From the NCBI GenBank assembly GCA_004431415.1, contig QPMI01000090.1:95560-159559 (forward strand): 64,000 bases of DNA, written 5' to 3'. The position numbers and the translations under genes are program-made. This document shows, in pieces, positions 46,117-57,178 of the stretch (the stretch's first letter is position 1; every line of letters starts with the position of its first letter). The stretch is from Cyanophora paradoxa CCMP329. Its lineage: Eukaryota > Plantae > Glaucophyta. The notes below the pieces were generated by a model. It did not search any database. It was not told the DNA's origin and worked only from the letters and a program-made list of their open reading frames with translations.

Positions 46117-47203
46117 GGGCAACGCGGTGATCATGAGTGCGATCGGAGCTCCTCGTGCCGATATCGCGGTTGCACTGGTACTCTGCTGATCATGATCGCT
46201 TGCGCGGTCATGGACATGCCAATGCATGCCGCAGGTAATCGCGTGTGCCTGTCTGCTGTGTGCGTCTCGAGCTCTCGAACGCGCGGGCGCCACTGGGCCA
46301 CGCCCGGCCCTTTGTCGCAGGCTCCGCTCTCGCGGAGGCCCTAGCTATAGGCGTACGTCGTGTCCATTTGTCGCATGCGCGTCTGGCGAACTCCGGCGTC
46401 CGACTCTCAACGGCTCACTTCTTTCGGGTCATGATCACGGTGCGCTCGCCAGCCGCCTTCTTGGGAGCGCAGGCCTCGGACGGGGCCCCGCGCAGCTCTC
46501 GAGGTGCATGCAGGCTGCAGGCCGCTTCCACCTCGCCGAATCCGAATCCTCGCCTTATCGTGAACATTCCAAACGGTACGGTGCGCTCGCCCCTCGGCGC
46601 GAATGGTGCAGGGCTCTGACTGGGCCCGCAGTTTTGAGCTGTACCCCCCGACCGCGGGTCCGCCGCGCCCGGTTCCCTTCGCCTTCGGATTCGCCGCGTC
46701 GCGCCCGTTAGAACGATTTGCGGCACGCCGTGGGTCAGGTGCGAGAGATGCCTGTACCCCCTCACCCAGCCCGCGATATTGTGGTCGTTGGAAAGCTGGC
46801 GGCGGGCTCTATGCAAATCTGACGTCCGTGCAGCTGAGGGCGGCGTCCTTCTGGCCTGCAGCTCGCATCGCGTACGCCGTGTCGCCCACGCCCCCCCCCC
46901 CCCCCCCCCCCCCCCTTGAGGTTTCCACGCTACCGTTGGTGGGATTGAAAACATAGCTCGAAAAAAGGACATAGACAGCTCCGTCCGCGCAAAGCGGCGG
47001 TCGACGTGCGAACAACTACGAAGCGAGGGTGCGGCCTTGGGGGCTGCCGCGCCTGCAGCTCCTGAAAAAGAGAGCGCTGCATCGCGGCAGCTACCCTTCG
47101 GCTAAATAGGTTGATACGGGTTCAGCGCCCGGAGAGGAAAAAAAGGGCGCGCTCGATAATCTATATACGAGGGAAGGGGGGCGGCGCGGGGTCCCCCGGG
47201 GCG

Positions 47204-50200
47204 CTAGCTGCCGAGGTCCATCGCCATGGCGGCGAGGGTCGCGGCGGCGTCCGCGGCGTCGACGGGGATCGCCTGCGCCGGCGCCGGCGCGTGCGGGGGC
47301 GGGTGGGGTGCGGGTGCGGGTGCGGGTGCGGGGCACGGGGAGGAAGGCGCCGCGGGCGGGGGGCGTCGTCGATGGGCATCGGGGCCGGCTCGTCGGGGTC
47401 GGAGGGCGGCGAGGCGCCCCTCCGGCCCCCGCCCCCGCCCCGCCTCGTCGGGCCCGGCGCCGGGGCCTCGAGCTCGTCGGGGCCGGGCGGGGCGGCGAGG
47501 GCGGCGCCTCCGGGGCCGGCGGCGAGGGCGAGGGGGTGGGCACCGTGGCCGGCGAGGCCGAGGGGGCCGGGGTGGCCGGCCCCGCCCCGGAGCCGGGGCG
47601 CGGGGCCGGGAGCGGCCGGCGGGGGGCTGGGGCGGCGCCGCGGGAGGGAGTGGGGAGGCGGCGGCGGAGGCGCGGGAGCCGCGGAAGGGGGAGGGCCCGT
47701 AGTTGGGGATGGAGAAGAGGGTCGTCGCCTTGGCGTTGGCGCCCCGCGTCGCCGTCCCCCGCGAGAGCGAGGGGGCCTCCAGGGAGCCCTCGGCCTTGCG
47801 CGCCGTCGCCGCCGCGTCGGCCTTGGTCGCCGCCGCCCGCGCCGCGACCTCCCCGCAGAGGCGCTCGAAGTCCGCCTGCCAGCCGAAGAGCCGCACCAGC
47901 CGCCGGATCGCCTCCTGCGCCCCCGCCGTTGGCCCGGCGGCGGGGCGGGCGGGGCGGGGCCGGCGCACCTGGCAGTCCCGAGGAGCTTGGCGGAGAAGTT
48001 GTAGTGGCGGCGCGCGGGGCCCTCCTGCGGGGCCCGCCGTCAGCTCCCGCCCGGCCCGAGGCGCGCGGGGCGGGGCGGGGCGGGGCGGGGCGGGGGCGGA
48101 CCCGGGCCTCGGCGGCGGCGGTGGAGGTGGCGGCTGCCGGCGGGAGCGGGCCGGGTCGGACGGGGTCGGAGGGGTGGGGCGGGGCGCGGGCCGGGGGAGC
48201 GCACCGGGCGGCTCGCGGTCGGGGTCGAGGTTCGGGTCGTACACGACCGCCGCCTCCTCCGGGCCCCGCCTGCTCGGGGCCCCGTCGGAGGCGGAGGCGG
48301 GGGGGGGGGGCGGGCGGGGCGGGGCGCACGGGGCGTTGGCGCCGACGTCCTCGCGGTTGATGAGGAGGGTGGGGACCCCCTTCCGCACGTGCGTCAGCAG
48401 CGACGCGAACGGCTCCACCTGCGGCCCCGCGGGGGTCCTCTCAGGCGGCGCGCGGCGCTGGGGGCGGGAGCGGGGCGGGCGGGCCTTGAGGGAGGTCCCG
48501 ATGACGATCGCGACGTCCGCGGCCCTCAGGTCGCGCTCGTGCAGCTGCACCCCCCGGCTCAGGTGCGCTAGGAAGGGATCGCGGGGGCGCCGCGCACCTC
48601 GAAGAAGCGCTCCGGGAGGTCCTCCCCGAAGAAGACTGCGGGGCGGGGGGCGGCCTCTGAGCGGGGGCGCTGTGCGGGCCCCCCGGGGCGGGGCGGGGCG
48701 GGGCGGGGCGGGGGCGGCACCGATGTCGGGCTTGACGTAGCCGACGGCGCAGTGCTGGCACTTGGGGACCTCGTCGGCGAAGATGCGCTGCCGCACCAGC
48801 TCCGTGTCGTTCCGCTGCCCGCACCCCGTGCACCGCGCCGCTGCGGCCGGGGCCTCGGCGGGGGGCGCGAGGGGGGCGGGGGGGCGGCGCACTCGCGAAG
48901 GAGCCGTGGGCCTCGACGAGCAGGTTGGGGGGCACCCCCGCCACCCGCTCCAGCCCGTCGATGTTCTGCGTGTAGTTCCGCAGCAGGCACCCTGCGCCCC
49001 GCCAGGCTCGCCAGGGGGCCCCGCGCCGCCGAGGGAGATGCGCCGCGCACCCTTGTCGTGGAGGAGGCGGATGAAGACGTGGACGTGGGTCGGGGCGTAG
49101 CCGCCGGGGTAGAGCTCCTTGGCGAGGTTGCAGAAGGGCCGCGGGCGCTGCCGGGGCGTCAGGCGGAACGCGGGGGCGGGTGCGGGGGCGGCGGGGCGGG
49201 GCCGGGGGCGCCTTCTTGAAGAAGTTGACGTCGAAGATGGCGGTGGGGTAGGGGAGACCGTACTTCTGCAGGTTGTGGTAGAGGCCCGTCTTCGGCGACC
49301 GGAAGTCTGCCCCGGCCCCGCCGCCCTCGGCGCCCGCCCTCGCAGGCCCCCGGGCCCGGGCGGGGCCGGCGCACCGGGGATGCCGGCTGAGGTGGAGATG
49401 CCGGCGCCCGTCATCACCACCACCTGCCCCGCCCCGCCCCCGTCAGCCTCCGCCCCGCCGGGGCGGGCGGGCGGGCGGCGGGGGCACCTTGAGGGGCGCC
49501 CCCGAGCGGAGGCGGGCGGCGAGCTGCTCGAGCGACGGCGCGCCGGGGTCCCCTCGATGGAGATCCCCGGCCACTCCCCCACCCGCGGCGCCGGCTCCGC
49601 CCGCGAGGGCCCGGCCCCGGCCCGCCTCCTCCCCGTCCCGCCGCGGCGCCCGCCGCGCCGCCTCGCTCCGCCGCTGCCGCCCCGGCGAGGCCGCCGCCCC
49701 GCCTCCCCTTGGCGCCCTTCTCGCCCTTCTTCGCCGCCGCCTTGGCCGAGGCCTTGGCGGGGGGCTTGCCCTTGGCGCCCCGGGCGCCGCGCGGGCCCTC
49801 GCCCTCGCTGCCGCTGCTCTCCTCGGGGGCCTCCGGGGCCGGCTCCGGGGCGGGCCGCTTGCGCACGGGCGGGCGGGGCACCTCCTCCGGCATGGCCGTG
49901 AAGCTCTGCGCGCGGGCGCCCCCGTGTGAGGCTCGCCTCCCGCGCTCCGGGCCCGAGGCCGCATCGGATCGCACGCCCTGGACGCTGCCGAGGGGCGGGC
50001 GAGGCGGGGCGGGCGGGGGCGGCGGGGGCGCACGCTCATGAGCTTGTCGAGGCGCGCCAGCAGCTCGTCCGCCGTCGGCTTCGCCCCGCGCCCCCGCCCT
50101 CCCCGCCGCCCCCGTCCCCCCTCGCCCTTCTTCCCTTGGGCGCCCCCGGGGCCGGCTTGGCGGGGCCGGCGCCGGCCCGGGCGGGGCCTTGGGCGCCAGC

Positions 50201-53200
50201 GCCGGCGTCGGAACCTTCGGCTTGCGCCCGCGCTTGCCTTCGGCGGCCCGCTCTGCGCGCGCGAGGGGGGGCGGCGTCAGCGCGGCCCCGCCGAGAGCAC
50301 TGCTGCGCGGGGAGGGGCGGGCCTTCTGGGCGTCCCCGCCCTCCTTGCCGGTTTCCGCGCCCTTCTTCTCCTCGCCGGCGCTCGTCCGCTCGGGCTCGGC
50401 CTCGGCCGCGGGGCGCTTGCCGGGGGCGGCGTCGGTGTCCACCTCCATCGGGCGCGACGGCGGCTGCTCGGCCTCGCCGGCCGCCGGCGCCGCCTTGGCC
50501 TCCGCCTTGGCCTCCGGGTCGGCGGGGGCCGGGGCCGGGGCCGGGGCCTTCGCCTCCTCCTCCTCGTCGGACTCGAGGCGGCCCTTCTTGCCGGCGCGCC
50601 TCCGCGGCCCCCGCACCTCCTCCTCCTTCCCCGCCCCGCCCTCCCCCTCCCCCTCCTGCTCGTCCCCGCCCTCCGCCGCCCGCTCCTCCGCCGCCGCCGC
50701 CTTCTCCGCCGCCTTGCGCTCCGCCTTGCCGCCCGGCCGCCGCTCCCCGGCCTCCCCCTCCTCCCCGGGGGCCTCCGAGGCGGACGCCTTGGGCGCCTCC
50801 TCGCCCTTCTCCTTCTCCTTGGCCTTCTTGGGCGGCCGCCCGCGCCGCTTCGCCAGCTTCGGGGCCTCCTCCGCCTCCGCCTCCCCCTCGCCCTGCTCCT
50901 TCGCCTTGTCGGAGCTGGCGGAGGCGCGGGACGCGCGGCGGCCCTTGGCCGCCCCGCTCTCCCCGCCGCTCTCCGAGCCGCTGCCGCTGCCGCTGCCGCT
51001 GCCGCTGCCCGAGCCCGACTCCGACTCCGAGCCCGAGCCGGAGCCCGAGGAGGAGGTCTCGGCGAGGCGCGCCGCCCGCGCCGCCGCGCGCTCCGCCTCC
51101 GCCCGCCGCCGCGCCTCCAGGTCCAGCTGCCGGCTCGTCTTCATCTGCCGCCCGCCCCGCCCCGCCCCGTCAGAGCCGGCCCCCGAGGCAGCGCCCCGCC
51201 CCGCGCGGGGCGAACCGGGAAGAGCCCGGCGATGCCGCCGGCGGCGACGGCGCCGCCGCGGGGCCGGCCGCGCGGGGTGGCCCGCCGCGGGGCGGGGCGT
51301 CGCTCGGGGGCGGCCGCGGGGGCGCCGGGGCGGCCCTCGTCGCCCTTGGCGGCGCCCTCGTCGGCGGGGACGGGCGAGGCCGATGACGGGCGCTCCGAGT
51401 CCGCCTTGCCCTCCCCGCCGCCCCCGCACCGGCAGTCGCCGGCGCCGCCTCGGCCTGCCGCCGGCGCTCGGACGCGGGGCGGGCCGGGCGGCGGGGCGGC
51501 GGGGGGCGCGCACCCCGCTCTCCTCGTCGTCGTCGAGGTCGATGACGCCGCGGCGGCCCTTGCGCCGGCCCTCCGCCCCGCTGCTCGCCCCGCTCTGCCG
51601 CTTCCCCTTGCGCCCCCGCCCCTCGTCCGACTCGTCCTCCGACGACTCGGACTCCTCCTCGTCGTCGTCGTCGCTCTCCTCGCTCTCCTCCTCATCATCC
51701 TCCTCCTCCTCTTCCTTGGCCTCCTTGGCCGGCTTCTTCGCGGCGCCGGCCCCCGTGCCCTTCGCCGGCTGCAGCGGACGTGTGAGCAGGACTGCGCGGG
51801 GTGGCCGCCGCTCGGGGGGCGCACCGCAGCCGCCTTCTTGGCGCCGCGCTGCTGGGCGCCCTTGGCCTGACCCTTCTTCTTCTCCTCCTCCTCCTCGTTC
51901 TCCTCCCCCTCCTCCTCCTCCTCCTCCTCCTCCTCGTCCTCCTCGCTGGAGGAGGACGAGGAGGCCTTCTTGGGGTCCGAGCTCCGCAGCCGCCGTCGCG
52001 CCTCGTCCGCACCCTTCGCCGCCGCGCCCTTCTGCGCCGCCGCCGCCGCCCGGCCGCGCGCCCGCTTCGCCGGGGGCACGGGGGTCGCCTTGGCGGCGGC
52101 TCTGGCGGCCGCGCGCCTCGCCACCGCCGTGCTCCGCGGCTCGGGCTCGACGCGTCGCCGCTTCGGCGCCGCCGGCGCCGCCTTCGCCGCCGCCTTGCGC
52201 TTGCCGCCCGCCTCCTTCTCCTCCCCCTCCTCCTCGTTCTCGTCCTCCTCGTCCTCCTCGTCCTCGCCTTCGTCTTCGGAGCTCGAGGAGGAGGCCTGCG
52301 CGGCCTTGCCCCTGCGCCCTGCCGCCCCCGCCGTCGCCGCCGCAGCGGCAGCGGCCGCCGCGGTCGCCTTGGCCTCCTTCTCCTTCTTGGCGAGCTCCTT
52401 CTTGAGCTTGGCGACCTCGGCCTGCAGGGGCGTCAGCGCCGGGCGGCGGCGGGGGGCCCGGGGGGGCCCACCTTGGCCTCCTTGGCCTCCTCCTTGGCGC
52501 CCTGGAGCTCGGGCTGGAGCTTGCCGGCCTGCCGGCGCCGCCTCAGCAGCCGCGGGGGGGCTGGGGGCGGGGCGGGGCGTCGGGGGCGGGCCCTCTCGTC
52601 GGCCTCCTTGGCGCGGGCGTCGGCCGCGCGGGCGGCGGCCTCGGCGCGCTGGCGGAGGCGGCGCTCCTCGTCGAGGTCCCGCTGCAGCGAGGCCTGCAGC
52701 GCCTCCGAGAAGCCCTTCCCGCTCGACGCCGCCCCGCCGCCGCCGCCGCCGCCCGCAGCCGCTCCGCGTCCTGCCGCGCCCCCGCCGCCTGCCGGCCCGG
52801 GCTCGCCTGGGCGGCCGGCGGGAGGGCCCGGCGGGGGCCGCACCTCGGCGCTGGCGGCCTGCAGCGCGTCCTCCGCCTTCGTCGCCCGCTGCTCCACCTG
52901 CGCGCAGCCGGCCCCCGTCACCCCCGCGCGGCGCTCGCCAGAAGGCGGGGGCGACCAGAAGGATGCAAAGGGACAGAGCATATGTATGGCGAAACGAGAG
53001 CAGGAGACTATCGAAGGCCCAGACGAAATGCAGCCGGAGGCGACGCCTGACAGTTGTCGGCACTTCGCACTGTCGTCTACAAAGGGGACGACCAAAAGGA
53101 TGCATAGGGAAAGAGCACATGTATGGCGAAACTATCGCGTCCACCTCGGGGGAAGAGAAGAAGCAGGGAAAGAAAGGGACGGGAGGGCGGGGGCTTCGGG

Positions 53201-56200
53201 GCGGCGGACGCACCGCGTCGAGGGCCCTGCGCGTGTCTGCGAGCTCGGCCTCGGCCGCCTCCGCCCGCGCCCGCGCCTCCTCCGACTCCTTCTCGTTCTC
53301 CTGCGGCCGCCGCGTGAGCGCCGGGCGCGCGTGGTGCGGGCGACTGGCTGCGAGGTTCGGGCCCGTGGCGGAGGGGCGGCAACTCGTGTAATGAAGGCCG
53401 GCGCATGCTCGGCAGAGCAGGGGGCGGAAGGCGGGCGGAGGGCGAGGCGGCGGGGGCGGGGCGGGCGCACGAGGATGAGCTTCTCGAGGGTGCGGCGCTC
53501 CGACTGGGCCGTCGTCAGCGCCGCGTGCGCCTCCCGCAGCGCGCGCTGCATCGCCGCCACCTGCAGCCGGGCGCGCAGATCGTCACAGAGCGGCCACGGC
53601 GGGGGCAGCGCGCGAGCAGCGAGCAGCGAGGCGAGAGCGAGGCGACGGGTCGGACCTGCTCGGCGTCGCGCCGAGCGACGTCCTGGGTCGCCCGCGCCGC
53701 GGCCGCCTCCCGCGCCGCAGCCTCCGCGCGCTTCTTCTCCACCTCCAGCTGCCGGCTCTGCCGAGTGGCGCGACGCTCAGTCTTCTACGAAGTACATCGA
53801 GCACGGTTCGCGAATCAAGGCGCGGGCACCAGTCGGAAGAGCTCCTCGTTGCGCTGCATCATCTGCGGGGGCGTCGGGGGCGGCCGGGCGCGTGGCCGGG
53901 GCGCGGGCGGGGCCGCACGTCGGCCTCGAGGCGGCCGGCGCGGGCCAGCGCCTCCTGCGCGCGCTTCTCCGCGAGCCGCAGGTCCTGCTCCACCCCCGCC
54001 AGCCGCTGCCCCGCCCCTCAGCGGCCCCGCCGGCGCCGGCGCGGGGCGGGCTCGCGCGCACGTGGACTTCCTGCTTGAGCGCGCGGACGCCGGCGTCGAC
54101 GAGGGCGCCCGGCGCCCGGTTGGAGACGTCGTAGAGGCCTGCGCGCGGCGGGGATGAGGGCCGGCAGGGTCGGGACCGGACGCCGGGGCTGACCTTGCAG
54201 ACGCGCTACAATCTCGTCCTTGCTCGCCTGCTCCTGCCGCAAGCTCGCCCGCAGCCACTCGATCTCCCGCCTCAGCTCCTCCTCCCTCACGGCGGCTGGC
54301 CCGGACAACGCTGCCTCCGGCCCTTCGCCCTGCTGCTGCACCGGCGGCGCCGCCCCCGCCGCGGGGGCGGGCCTCCGCGGGTCCAAAGGAGCCACTGAGG
54401 ACGACGCGGCGGCCACCAGAGGCGGGGCAGACGAGGAGGAAGGCGCGGGGGGGAGGAAGGGCGCGGCGGGGAAGGGGGTGGCGGCGCCGGGCACGGAGGG
54501 GTACTGGAGGATCGAGAAGATGCTCTGCTGCGCGGCGAGGAGGGTCGCCGGGTCCGGGCCCGAAGGCTGCGGCGGCCGAAAGGCACCGGGCGCCGATGCG
54601 CTCGTCGGCGGCACGTGGTACTGGGAGAAAGTGGGGTCGGCAGGCGCCGCGGAGGGGCCAGAGGCGGCGCGTGGGGCGTCGGCGTGAGCGGGGGGCGGGG
54701 AGGTTCCGCGGGGAGACGCCCCGGAAGCGCTGCCGGCCCGCGGCAGCAGGCTCACTTGGATGCCCGTCTTCTTCGCGCTTGAAGATGACGGCTGCGCGCC
54801 CAGCGAGGAGCCCGCCTGCTGAGATTGGGCGGCCGCTTTGGCTGAAGCCGCTGCTTCTGCTGCTCGCTTGTCCGCTGCCGCCTTTTCCGCAGCAGCCTTC
54901 TCCGCCGCGGCCCGCTCCGCTGCCGCTTTTTCCGCAGCAGCTTTTTCCGCTGCCGCCTTCTCTGCGGCCGCCCGCTCCGCTGCCGCCTTCTCCGCGGCCG
55001 CCCGTTCCGCCGACGCGCGCTCTGCGGCTGCACGCTCAGCCGCGGCCCGCTCAGCTGCGGCCCGCTCCGCGGCCGCCTTCTCCGCTGCGGCCTTCTCCAC
55101 GGCAGCGCGCAATGCTGCAGCCTTCTCAGCCGCCGCCTTGTCTGCCGCATGCTTCTCAGCTGCTGCCTTCAGCATCGCCGCCTTCTCCGCTGCGGCCTCC
55201 GCCGCCGCCCGCTCCGCTGCAGCCTTCTCCGCCGCCGCCTTCAGCACCGCCGCCTTCTGAGCCGCCGCCTTCTCGGATGCGGCGAACTCCGATGCCGCCA
55301 GAGCTGCTGCGGGGGCGTGGGCGCTCCACCCGTTGGCCAAGTCGGTCGACTCCTCCTTCACCGCCACCACGGGTACGGCCGCCGCCGCCAAGTTCTCCGG
55401 AGCGCTCGGTGCAAGCGCCGCGCGCCGAAGCGCCCGCCGGCTCGCCTGGTCGACCGGAGGTGGCGCCGCGGGGGCGGCCGCGGGGGGAGCAGGCGCAGGC
55501 GCGGGAGCCGTCGGCGCCGGTGCCGGCGCCGGTTCCGGCGCCGGCGCCGCGGGCTCGTCCACTTCCATGTCGACATCCTGGATGTCGGCGCTGGGCTGCG
55601 CGGCCTGCCTCGCCTCTCCCCGCCCCGCCCCGCCCTCCTTCTCTCCCACCCGAGAAGCCCCGCCCTCCTGCTTGAGCTTCGCCAGCGGCTCCACCCTCGC
55701 CGCCGAGGCGCCCTGCAGCCAGGCCTGTGGCGAAGACGCAAGGAGGACCTCGGAAAGCAGGAATGGCAGGACCAAAACGGAAAATCGGACCTGGACGCCT
55801 ATCGGTCCGATGCTGGACGCGAACCCGGTGCACAGGGCTCCCTTCGCGTAGGACTCCGAGTCCTGCTTCAGCCGCTCCCGGAAGCCCTGCAGGAGCCCGA
55901 AAACGTGACCGGGGCTCTCCTCCGGGCTCCCACCCTGCACACGGAAATGTGAGACAGCTCTCGCCTGCGAAAAAGACGCGGCCAAGTGGCAATGGTGCGC
56001 ACATCTCTCGCCCCCTCATCTTGAGTGCTGGTCGCAGGTGCCTGCGATGGCGAGACAGCACCTACGAGGATTGGAGCAGCGGACGAATCCGCAGCGGACG
56101 CTGCCGGCTTCGCAGCAGTCGCGGCTGATTCTGCAGCGGGCGCAGCTTCCGCTGAAGCCCGGGGGGCGTACGTGTGCCCCGGGGGCGGGGTCATTGGGGA

Positions 56201-56939
56201 AGAGTGGATGGACGGGCCCGAGGATCGGCTTCTAGCACTGCTGGGAGTAGATGCGCTGGAAGAAGAGCTCTTGTGCCGGCGCCCGGAGCGGGAACGGGAG
56301 CGGGATTTGGAGCGGGAGCGGGAGCGGCTGCTCCGGGAAGTGCTGCGACTGGAGCGGGAGCTCCTGGATCGCGAGCTACGACGGGACGACGACCCGGAGG
56401 AGCGCCGGCTCCGCGGGGATCGCGAGCGGCGCCTCCGCGGCGTCGGCGGCGTCCGGTTGCGCTTCGGGGAGCTCAGGCTCCGCGCCCGCGGCGGCGGCGG
56501 CGAGCGGCGGCTGCCGCTCGGTGGCGTCCGGGAGCGAGGAGCTTGCGGGCTACGCTTCCGCGGCGGCGGCGGAGACGGGTTCTTCCTGCCGTTGCCATGA
56601 CGGCCGCCTCCCTGCCAACCGCGGCCCCGCCCGCGCCCGCGATGGTTGCCTGCGAACCGCCCCCCGTTGGGAGCTTTGCCATGCTGCTGCTGGCCGTTCT
56701 GCATGCTTTCGTAAGGCGGCACCGCGTTGTAGCTCTGTTGAACGAGAGACAGCCGCGTCAGCATCCACACGAAGAAGCGGGAGGCGGGCGGAGGAGGGAG
56801 CGGAGTACATCGAACGAAAGCTTATGCGCGGCGGGCGGAGTGGCCGTAGGGGCGGCTCAAGGATCAAAACGCCAAGGCGTGGCACGCCGGGCGAGGAGGC
56901 GGGACAGGACTATAACGCCCTCACCTGCGCGTGATTCAT
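47204..56939 (-). CDS. Very large protein with RGG/RS region, AAAEK repeats, coiled coil, acidic/basic regions, AT-hook-like motifs and C-terminal class I sirtuin (SIR2/HST2-like) domain
   Basis: Sirtuin at ~47850-49425: [41 protein letters not shown], CTGC...CQHC, KPDIVFFGEDLP, IGTSLKVEPFASL, LINRE. I traced upstream exons in largely compatible phase to MNHAQ at 56939 with no intergenic gap. The sirtuin call is ~0.95; the single-gene model is less certain because of frameshifts at 49500-51450. Confidence 0.7.
52947..53132. repeat. Two imperfect ~49-nt direct repeats in a 316-nt intron
   Basis: gggggcgaccagaaggatgcaaagggacagagcatatgtatggcgaaac (52947-52995) versus ggggacgaccaaaaggatgcatagggaaagagcacatgtatggcgaaac (53084-53132). 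Confidence 0.85.
54860..55275 (-). repeat. 15-nt coding repeat encoding (AAAEK/AAAER)n
   Basis: Many consecutive AAAE[KR] units within the large sirtuin gene. Confidence 0.9.
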
Positions 56940-57178
56940 GGTTGCACTGGCAAAGATCGCTTCCGCGAAGGGATCGCCTCCGCGTGATTGCCAGAAAAGC
57001 CGCGTGATCTACTCAAAAGATGCAGCGCTTGCCCTCGACGATGGAAAGCTGGCTGTATGAACGCTACAGCTCATCTTTGCGTGACCCTGCAGCGGCCTGA
57101 CTGCCCGGCGAGCCCCTGCTTCGGAGCCACGAGACGCTGTACCCGGGCCGGGGCGCTTAACGCCGCTTATCCGGCGGG

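Noticed and set aside
47091-54134. Very long Arg/Pro/Gly/Ala-rich ORFs on both strands (e.g. 50189-52405 +, 51801-54134 +)
   Set aside because: These are shadow ORFs caused by extreme GC content and stop-poor introns. The real coding frame is the spliced minus-strand gene.
54860-55275. AAAEK repeats as bacterial TolA or an antifreeze protein gene
   Set aside because: This is a generic helical low-complexity repeat inside a spliced exon of a larger eukaryotic gene.
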